DNA of 32,000 nt from assembly GCF_001648355.1 (NCBI RefSeq), contig NZ_LXSL01000017.1, positions 1 through 32,000 on the forward strand. The letters are read 5' to 3'. Under the pieces are notes generated by a model, which was not told the origin of the DNA, did not search any database, and saw nothing but the letters and a program-made list of their open reading frames with translations. Below, piece after piece: positions 25,051-32,000 of this stretch. Both the position numbers and the translations under genes were made by a program. Positions within the stretch are counted from its first letter, which is position 1. Every line of letters starts with the position of its first letter. The DNA comes from Eikenella longinqua (GTDB taxonomy: Bacteria; Pseudomonadota; Gammaproteobacteria; Burkholderiales; Neisseriaceae).

Positions 25051-25989
25051 ATGAACATCCGCTTCGGCAACACCGCGTTTCTGCCGCACCCGCGCGGCAG
25101 CGCCGTAACCATCGGCAACTTCGACGGCGTCCACCTCGGCCACCGCCACATCCTCGAACGCCTGCGCCAAGAAGCCGATGCGCGCGGCCTGGCCGCCGTG
25201 GCCATCGTGTTCGAGCCGCAGCCGCAGGAATTTTTCAGCCGGCGGCGCGGCGTGGAACAGCCCTTCCGCCTCAGCCCCCTTCGCGAAAAACTGCGCCTGC
25301 TGCGCGATACCGGCTGCCTCGACGCCGTGTGGGTGCTGCGTTTCAACGCCGAGCTCTCCGCCATGCCCGCGCCCGATTTTATCCAAAACCTGCTGTTCGG
25401 CCAGCTGAACACCCGCTACCTGCTCATCGGCGACGACTTCCGCTTCGGCGCCGGCCGCCAAGGCGATATCGAGCTCCTGCGCCGCCGCCCCGAAATGCAA
25501 ACAGAAAGCACCCCCTCCGTGATGGTGCAAGACGTGCGCGCCAGCAGCACCCTGGTGCGCCAAGCCCTGAGCGAAGGCCGCCTCGCCTACGCCGAAAGCC
25601 TGCTCGGTCACCGCTATTCGCTCATCGGCCGCGTGAAGCACGGCGCCAAGCTCGGCCGCACTATCGGCAGCCCCACCGCCAATATCCACCTGCCCCCGCA
25701 CCGCTACCCGCTCGGCGGCGTGTTTGCCGTGGCCGCACACGGCGCATTCGGCAGCCGCCCCGGCGTGGCCAGCTTCGGGCTCAACCCCACCGTGTCCGAC
25801 CTGCCCACGCAGAAGCTGGAAGTGCACCTCTTTGATTTTGCGGAAAACCTATACGGCCAGCGCCTGCGCATCGACTTCCTGCACAAACTGCGCGACGAGC
25901 AAAAATTCCCCGGCCTGCCCGAGCTGCAAGCGCAAATCGCCGCCGATATGGCCGAAGCCCGCGAGTGGCTGGCACGGCATTCGCGTTAA
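25051..25989 (+). CDS. ribF: Bifunctional riboflavin kinase / FAD synthetase
   Basis: ORF track, 312 aa. N-terminal GNFDGVHLGHRHIL nucleotidyltransferase motif, and a C-terminal riboflavin-kinase region (GRTIGSPTANI...LEVHLFDF). Confidence 0.94.
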   Translation: MNIRFGNTAFLPHPRGSAVTIGNFDGVHLGHRHILERLRQEADARGLAAVAIVFEPQPQEFFSRRRGVEQPFRLSPLREKLRLLRDTGCLDAVWVLRFNAELSAMPAPDFIQNLLFGQLNTRYLLIGDDFRFGAGRQGDIELLRRRPEMQTESTPSVMVQDVRASSTLVRQALSEGRLAYAESLLGHRYSLIGRVKHGAKLGRTIGSPTANIHLPPHRYPLGGVFAVAAHGAFGSRPGVASFGLNPTVSDLPTQKLEVHLFDFAENLYGQRLRIDFLHKLRDEQKFPGLPELQAQIAADMAEAREWLARHSR

Positions 25990-26017
25990 GCCTTCACACC
26001 GTTGCAACATCCCAAAA

Positions 26018-26058
26018 AGGCTACCTGAAAATGTTTCAAACCATTTTTCAGGTAGCCT
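26018..26058. terminator. Inverted DUS pair hairpin downstream of ribF; left edge of the AT-rich islet
   Basis: Exact 12-mers at 26018-26029 and 26047-26058. Confidence 0.65.
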
Positions 26059-26175
26059 TTTTGTGTTTTCATCTTTCCCCTTAACATTATCTAGCAAATA
26101 TTAAGGATGCTTTAACTTTTATATCAGCCATGCTATGCTTTTGGCTCATCTTAATTAACTATAGTGGAGATAATC

Positions 26176-26697
26176 ATGAGAAGCCAAGAAGAAATCCAAC
26201 AGATGCTGACAGACTGTGGTGCTATAGACTTTTTTGGAACAAAAAAAGAAGTAAAAGAACTTCCTAACATCATACATGATGATGAAATAATTACTTATGC
26301 AACATCAGGTTTATTGGATGGAAATACATGGTTGATTGTTTCTACTAATAAGCGAGTCATTTTCTTAGATAAAGGCATGATATTTGGGTTAAAACAAGTA
26401 GAAATACCATTAGAAAAAATTAATTCAATAAGCTATAAAAAAGGACTTCTGCTAGGCGAAATTGATATCTGGGACGGTGCTTCTCGTATGGGAATAACTG
26501 GCGTCACGAAACAGACACTGGTTCCGTTTGTAAATGCAGTAAATAAGGCTAAGGAAGAATTAGCTAACTTACACTCCCAACCTGTTTCTTCTCATTTATC
26601 TACCGCTGATGAGATCTTAAAATTCAAGAATCTGCTGGATCAGGGGATACTGACCCAAGAGGAATTTGATAAAAAGAAAAAAGAATTGCTTGGCTAA
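26176..26697 (+). CDS. Bacterial PH-like (YokE-like) domain protein with a C-terminal SHOCT domain
   Basis: Lies within ORF 26164..26697. The ATG at 26176 is preceded by GGAG. The segment ...IITYATSGLLDGNTWLIVSTNKRVIFLDKG...INSISYKKGLLLGEIDIW is bPH-like. The C-terminal ADEILKFKNLLDQGILTQEEFDKKKKELLG is a typical SHOCT motif. The gene is strongly AT-rich. Confidence 0.8.
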   Translation: MRSQEEIQQMLTDCGAIDFFGTKKEVKELPNIIHDDEIITYATSGLLDGNTWLIVSTNKRVIFLDKGMIFGLKQVEIPLEKINSISYKKGLLLGEIDIWDGASRMGITGVTKQTLVPFVNAVNKAKEELANLHSQPVSSHLSTADEILKFKNLLDQGILTQEEFDKKKKELLG

Positions 26698-26725
26698 CGT
26701 GTTGCCTGAAACCTTCAAAATTAAA

Positions 26726-26753
26726 AGGCTACCTGAACTTTTTCAGGTAGCCT
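26726..26753. terminator. Inverted DUS pair hairpin between the convergent PH-SHOCT and ybaK genes; right edge of the AT-rich islet
   Basis: Exact 12-mers at 26726-26737 and 26742-26753. Confidence 0.65.
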
Positions 26754-26776
26754 TTCCTATGCCCACCAAGCGCCGG

Positions 26777-27259
26777 CTAATCCACCGCCACGTCCACCGC
26801 CTGCGCGCCCAAGCTCTCCAGCGCGGCGGGCGGCACGGCCACCAGGAAGCCGCGTTTGCCGCCGTTGATGTAGAGCGCGGGCAAATCCCAGATGCTGCGT
26901 TCGGCATACACCGGCAGCGCGGTTTTGCAGCCGAATGGGCTGGTGCCGCCCACCAGGTAGCCCGTCCATTTATTGGCCTGCTCGGGCGTGGCGGGCTCGA
27001 TGTGCTTCATGCCGAGGTGGCGGGCGAGCTGGCGGGTGGAGATGTGGCGGTCGCCGTGCATCAGCACGATGAGGCCTTGTTTGTGCTCGTTTTCCAGCAC
27101 GATGGTTTTGATCACGGCGTGTTCGTCCACGCCGAGGCATTCGGCGGGCTGGGCGGTGCCGCCGTGCTCGATATAGGGATAGAGGTGCGGCTCGTAGGCG
27201 ATGTGGTGCTCGCGCAGAAAGCGGATGGCGGGGGTAACGGGATAGTGGGGTTTGCTCAT
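26777..27259 (-). CDS. ybaK: Cys-tRNA(Pro)/Cys-tRNA(Cys) deacylase (YbaK/EbsC family)
   Basis: ORF track, 160 aa. TPAIRFLREHHIAYEPHLY...TGYLVGGTSPFG...YINGGKRG matches the YbaK layout. Confidence 0.88.
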   Translation of the reverse strand: MSKPHYPVTPAIRFLREHHIAYEPHLYPYIEHGGTAQPAECLGVDEHAVIKTIVLENEHKQGLIVLMHGDRHISTRQLARHLGMKHIEPATPEQANKWTGYLVGGTSPFGCKTALPVYAERSIWDLPALYINGGKRGFLVAVPPAALESLGAQAVDVAVD

Positions 27260-27262
27260 GTT

Positions 27263-27274
27263 GGGCTACCTGAA
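27263..27274 (+). repeat. Single DUS (GGGCTACCTGAA, first base differs)
   Basis: Read in the sequence, between the ybaK start and the ynfA stop. Confidence 0.7.
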
Positions 27275-27302
27275 AATGGAAATTCGCTGGGGAAACAAGG
27301 TT

Positions 27303-27638
27303 TCACGCGCGGCCGCCCCACATGATCACCGCCGCGCCACACAAACACAGGGTGGCGCCCAGCCAGTCGCTCGCCTTGGGCAACACGCCGTCGGCAAAAC
27401 GCAGCCAAAACAGCGCGGTAACGATATACACCCCGCCGTATGCGGCATAAATCCGCCCGCTGGCGGCCGGATGCAGGGTGAGCAGGTAGGCAAACAGCGA
27501 CAGGCTCGCGGCGGCAGGCAGCAGCAGCCAGGCGCTTTTGCCCTGCCGCAGCCACAAATAGGGCAGCCAGCAGCCGACGATTTCCGCCAGCGCGGTGAGC
27601 AGGAACAGCAGCAGGGTTTTGGCGGTGTGGGGCAGCAT
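27303..27638 (-). CDS. ynfA: YnfA-family small membrane protein (UPF0060)
   Basis: ORF track, 111 aa. [58 protein letters not shown] closely parallels E. coli YnfA. Confidence 0.85.
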   Translation of the reverse strand: MLPHTAKTLLLFLLTALAEIVGCWLPYLWLRQGKSAWLLLPAAASLSLFAYLLTLHPAASGRIYAAYGGVYIVTALFWLRFADGVLPKASDWLGATLCLCGAAVIMWGGRA

Positions 27639-27705
27639 GGCGGGGTGTCTGTGGGTGGAGGGTCGGCTTGGCCGAAATGGGTTTCACTGTGTGGAAGCCA
27701 ACGTT

Positions 27706-27742
27706 TTCAGGTAGCCTACATCTTGCCCGCAGGCTACCTGAA
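27706..27742. repeat. Tail-to-tail DUS pair
   Basis: Exact 12-mers at 27706-27717 (reverse) and 27731-27742 (forward). Confidence 0.8.
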
Positions 27743-27776
27743 AGCGCCAGCTTCAACGCAGTTAAAAACCGCCGGC

Positions 27777-28064
27777 CTATTTGGCAAACGGCAGCCAGCG
27801 CCGCGCCAGCACATACATCGCCGCGCCGCCCACGGCCAGCACGGCAAACACGATGCCCTTCTTGCGCGCGTTCGGGCAGAGCCAATACACGCCGAGGCTG
27901 AAGCTGAAAAACAGCAGCGACACCGCCCACACCAGCTGCTTATCTTTAAAGCGGTTGAGCGTGTAGCTTTCGGTGAGCATCACATAAAGCTGCCACAGCC
28001 CGGCAAAACACATAAAAAACACGCCGGCAGGCAGAAAAATCAGGCCGAGTTCTTGTTGGCTCAT
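27777..28064 (-). CDS. Small integral membrane protein of unknown function (95 aa, about 3 TM helices)
   Basis: ORF track 27777..28064 (-). The profile is hydrophobic. No family recognised. Confidence 0.55.
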   Translation of the reverse strand: MSQQELGLIFLPAGVFFMCFAGLWQLYVMLTESYTLNRFKDKQLVWAVSLLFFSFSLGVYWLCPNARKKGIVFAVLAVGGAAMYVLARRWLPFAK

Positions 28065-28248
28065 GGCGAGGCCTTATCAAACAGAATCAGGCCGGCATTA
28101 TAACCAAAGCACCGCCTGCTTCCTATGATGATGCCGTTTGCGGGGCATCCGTAGATTTTAGGTAGCCTTTCATCGCGGCAAATCCTCAACAACAAGACAA
28201 TTTGTCTAAAATAATCTATTCAGAGCAAACTTTTTTGCCGATTTCTAA

Positions 28249-29454
<1,206 letters not shown>

Positions 29455-29477
29455 GCTTTCTTAAGCAGCAAGCCAAC

Positions 29478-29509
29478 AGGCTACCTGAAAAATATTTTTC
29501 AGGTAGCCT
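29478..29509. terminator. Inverted DUS pair hairpin downstream of ilvC
   Basis: Exact 12-mers at 29478-29489 and 29498-29509. Confidence 0.65.
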
Positions 29510-29712
29510 GTTTCCTCTTTCTCTTGCTCCACACGCATATCAAGCAAAAAACTCTTTTCTAGAAAACCAGTTATCCGTTTCCGCACCCCAGCCCGCATCC
29601 AACCTGCATGAATCCCATTCATCGCCCGATGCCGATTTTTCAGCCCGCCGCCCTTGCCTAAACCCCCGTCGCCCGCTACCGTATCGCCCTTTACCGCCCT
29701 TATCCCACCGCC

Positions 29713-30546
29713 ATGCAAAACAACACCCTCAGCTTCGAATTCTTCCCCACCCGTACCCCCGAAGGCCGCGAAAAGCAGAAAATCACCCGCAAGCAGCTCG
29801 CCCAATACCAGCCCGAATTCTTCTCCTGCACCTCCGGTGCTGGCGGCACCACCCGCGAAGGCACCATGCAAACCATCCGCGACATCCTCGCCGAAGGCAT
29901 GGCCGCCGCCCCCCACATCCCCTGCGTGGGCCTCGATGCCGGCGAGCTCACCGAGCTGCTGCAAGAATACAAAAACATGGGCATCCGCCACATGGTCGCC
30001 CTGCGCGGCGACATCCCCTCCGGCATGGGCCTGGGCACCACCGGCCTGCACCACGCCAACGAGCTGGTCGAGCTCGTGCGCCGCCAATTCGGCGACTGGT
30101 TCCACATCGAAGTGGCCGCCTATCCCGAATACCACCCGCAATCGCGCAGCGCCGAAGACGACATCCAAAGCTTCGTGCGCAAAGTAAAAGCCGGTGCCGA
30201 TTCCGCCATCACCCAATTCTTCTTCAGCGCCGACGCCTACTTCCGCTTCCTCGACGATGTGCGCGGCCGCGGCGTGGACATCCCCATCGTGCCCGGCATC
30301 ATGCCGATTGCCAACTTCTCCAAGCTCGCCCGCTTCGCCGATATGTGCGGCGCCGAAATCCCGCGCTGGCTGCGGCTCAAGCTGCAATCCTACGCCGACG
30401 ACACCGCCTCCATCAAAGCCCTTGGGCTCGATGTGGTAACCGAAATGTGCGCCCGTCTACTGCGCCACGGCGCCCCCGGCCTGCATTTCTACACCCTAAA
30501 CCAAGCCGGCCTCTCCTCCACCATCTGCCAGCGCTTGGGCTATTGA
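29713..30546 (+). CDS. metF: 5,10-methylenetetrahydrofolate reductase
   Basis: ORF track, 277 aa. N-terminal LSFEFFPTRT motif, then ...HIPCVG...VALRGD...AAYPE...ITQFFF, typical of MetF. Confidence 0.9.
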   Translation: MQNNTLSFEFFPTRTPEGREKQKITRKQLAQYQPEFFSCTSGAGGTTREGTMQTIRDILAEGMAAAPHIPCVGLDAGELTELLQEYKNMGIRHMVALRGDIPSGMGLGTTGLHHANELVELVRRQFGDWFHIEVAAYPEYHPQSRSAEDDIQSFVRKVKAGADSAITQFFFSADAYFRFLDDVRGRGVDIPIVPGIMPIANFSKLARFADMCGAEIPRWLRLKLQSYADDTASIKALGLDVVTEMCARLLRHGAPGLHFYTLNQAGLSSTICQRLGY

Positions 30547-30573
30547 TCGGCCGCTTGCTGGTGCAAACAATAA

Positions 30574-30612
30574 AGGCTACCTGAAAACTGGATTGCGTTT
30601 TTCAGGTAGCCT
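30574..30612. terminator. Inverted DUS pair hairpin downstream of metF
   Basis: Exact 12-mers at 30574-30585 and 30601-30612. Confidence 0.65.
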
Positions 30613-30730
30613 TTCATCTTGGCCAGATTTGGCCTCACCATGCAGTCCTAAAATTTTGCCTTACCGCAAACCAAGCGCCATCGGGCGCTTATCTACTTTA
30701 AGCTGCCTCCTCGCCCGCCAATCATCGGTG

Positions 30731-30736
30731 TATAAT
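30731..30736 (+). promoter_or_regulatory. Candidate -10 hexamer (perfect TATAAT) upstream of lrgA
   Basis: GGTGTATAATCC, 40 nt upstream of the ATG at 30776. I found no good -35. Confidence 0.3.
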
Positions 30737-30775
30737 CCCGCCCCTTCTCAAACTATTTTCCCTAGGCAAGTAACC

Positions 30776-31114
30776 ATGTTACGCGCGCTCATCATCGTTT
30801 TCGCCTGCCTGGCCGCAGGCGAAGTGTTTTTGCACTTCACCCACCTCAAGCTCCCCGCCAGCATTGCCGGCCTGCTGATTTTGTTCGGCCTGCTCCAAGC
30901 CGGCTGGGTGAAAGACACCTGGCTCAAGCCGCTCACCGAATTCCTCATGCAGCACATGATGCTGCTGATGATTCCCGCCTGCGTGGCGCTGATGGACTAC
31001 TTCTCCATCGTGGTGCTGGATTTTTGGTCGATTGTGTTGGCCACGCTGGCCAGCACCATCCTGGTGCTGCTCTCCAGCGCCAAAACACACGAAATCCTGA
31101 GGAAACGGCAATGA
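30776..31114 (+). CDS. lrgA: CidA/LrgA-family holin-like membrane protein
   Basis: Lies within ORF 30593..31114, with the ATG at 30776. MLRALIIVFACLAAGEVF...LPASIAGLLILF... is a four-TM LrgA-like protein. Its stop overlaps the lrgB start (ATGA at 31111-31114). Confidence 0.85.
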   Translation: MLRALIIVFACLAAGEVFLHFTHLKLPASIAGLLILFGLLQAGWVKDTWLKPLTEFLMQHMMLLMIPACVALMDYFSIVVLDFWSIVLATLASTILVLLSSAKTHEILRKRQ

Positions 31115-31806
31115 AAGAGCTCGCCGCCAACCCCATCGTACTGATTCTGCTCATGCTCGGCGTGTACCGACTCAGCCTGCTCATCCGCCTGCGCAGTGGC
31201 AGCCCGCTGGCCAACCCGCTGATGGTGAGCACGGTTTTGGTGATCGGCTACCTGAAACTCTGCGGCATCAGCTACGACACCTTCATGCAAACCGGCCGCA
31301 TGGTGGGCTTCTGGCTGCAACCGGCCATCGTGTGCCTGGCCGTGCCGATGTATCAGCAATGGCCGCGCATCCGCACGCAATGGCTGCCGATTGCCGCCTC
31401 GCAGGTGGTGGGCAGCGTGGTGGGCATCATCACCGGCGTGCTGTTTGCCCACTGGCTGGGCGCGGGGCACGAAGTTACGCAGGCGCTGGCCGCCAAATCC
31501 GTTACCATGCCGATTGCGCTGGAAATCACGCATGTGCTGGGCGGCGTGCCCGCCGTTACCGTGGCCGCCGTGCTGCTGGCCGGCCTCACCGGCCAATTTA
31601 TCGGCTTCTGGCTCCTGCGCCACAGCCACATCCGCAACCGCATTTCCCATTCCATCGCGCAAGGCACCGCCTCGCACGCCATCGGCATCGCCGCCAGCTT
31701 GGAAATCAGCGGCCACTTCGCCGCCTACGCCACCCTCGGCCTCATCTTCAACGGTATCCTCACTTCCTTCCTCGCCCCGATTATCGTGCCGCTCTTGGGC
31801 GTGTGA
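31111..31806 (+). CDS. lrgB: CidB/LrgB-family membrane protein
   Basis: Lies within ORF 31024..31806, with the ATG at 31111. The 231-aa polytopic protein carries ...KSVTMPIALEIT...GTASHAIG... motifs typical of LrgB. Confidence 0.85.
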   Translation: MKELAANPIVLILLMLGVYRLSLLIRLRSGSPLANPLMVSTVLVIGYLKLCGISYDTFMQTGRMVGFWLQPAIVCLAVPMYQQWPRIRTQWLPIAASQVVGSVVGIITGVLFAHWLGAGHEVTQALAAKSVTMPIALEITHVLGGVPAVTVAAVLLAGLTGQFIGFWLLRHSHIRNRISHSIAQGTASHAIGIAASLEISGHFAAYATLGLIFNGILTSFLAPIIVPLLGV

Positions 31807-31807
31807 G

Positions 31808-31819
31808 AGGCTACCTGAA
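31808..31819 (+). repeat. Single DUS (exact) immediately after the lrgB stop
   Basis: Exact 12-mer read in the sequence. Confidence 0.8.
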
Positions 31820-31873
31820 AACGGGAGCCGGTATTCATACCCGGCAAGCCATCTCTGCCCGCTGCCACACAAA

Positions 31874-31912
31874 AGGCTACCTGAAAAACGAAAAACAGTT
31901 TTCAGGTAGCCT
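31874..31912. terminator. Inverted DUS pair hairpin downstream of lrgAB
   Basis: Exact 12-mers at 31874-31885 and 31901-31912, followed by TTTTTG. Confidence 0.65.
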
Positions 31913-32000
31913 TTTTGCCGCCCATCAATCCCGCCGCACAAACCCCGCCTGCGCCATACCCAAGCCCCTGCCGATTTGCTATGCTAAGGGCAATCCCATC

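Noticed and set aside
24993-25835. ORFs 24993..25835 (+) and 25015..25827 (-) overlapping ribF
   Set aside because: They are off-frame or antisense to ribF and are Arg/Pro- or Gly/Ala-rich artefacts.
27252-28103. 283-aa plus-strand ORF and 224-aa minus-strand ORF 27256..27930
   Set aside because: They span two well-supported minus-strand membrane genes and the DUS-containing spacer between them. Composition is biased and no motifs are present.
29461-31941. Long minus-strand ORFs 29461..30387 and 30997..31941
   Set aside because: They are antisense to metF and lrgB respectively and are Gly/Ala/His-rich with no motifs.

Overview
This is a GC-rich chromosomal window (about 60-67% GC from hand counts of sample lines) from a member of the Neisseriaceae. 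The 12-mer AGGCTACCTGAA / TTCAGGTAGCCT occurs about 40 times exactly by my manual count, plus about 10 one-mismatch copies. That matches the DNA-uptake-sequence (DUS) dialect I recall for Eikenella corrodens (AG-eikDUS), so the source is probably Eikenella or a close relative. From about 7.95 kb to the end the window is ordinary housekeeping DNA: an ompA-family gene, a 1495-aa type Va autotransporter, coaBC, cls, xseB-ispA, an ion transporter, rsuA, a VOC/glyoxalase gene, a ymdB-like macrodomain gene, priA, ribF, ybaK, ynfA, ilvC, metF and lrgAB. This part is punctuated by inverted DUS pairs that look like terminator hairpins, one Correia-like miniature element, and one AT-rich single-gene islet encoding a PH-like + SHOCT protein. 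The first ~7.9 kb is accessory. A decayed filamentous-prophage end (frameshifted TspB-like gene, small ORF, 5'-truncated zot) butts head-to-head against a 5'-truncated tandem AAA+ ATPase gene, which is followed by a sirtuin gene. Next come a strongly AT-rich (about 30-38% GC), DUS-free, translationally coupled pair of uncharacterised genes (5040-6568), a PP2C phosphatase gene with an in-frame TAA, and a small protein built from four 19-aa repeats. The 5040-6568 pair, in this island context, is my best candidate for an undescribed system. All functional calls come from motif recognition by eye on the supplied translations and my own hand translations; no searches were run.
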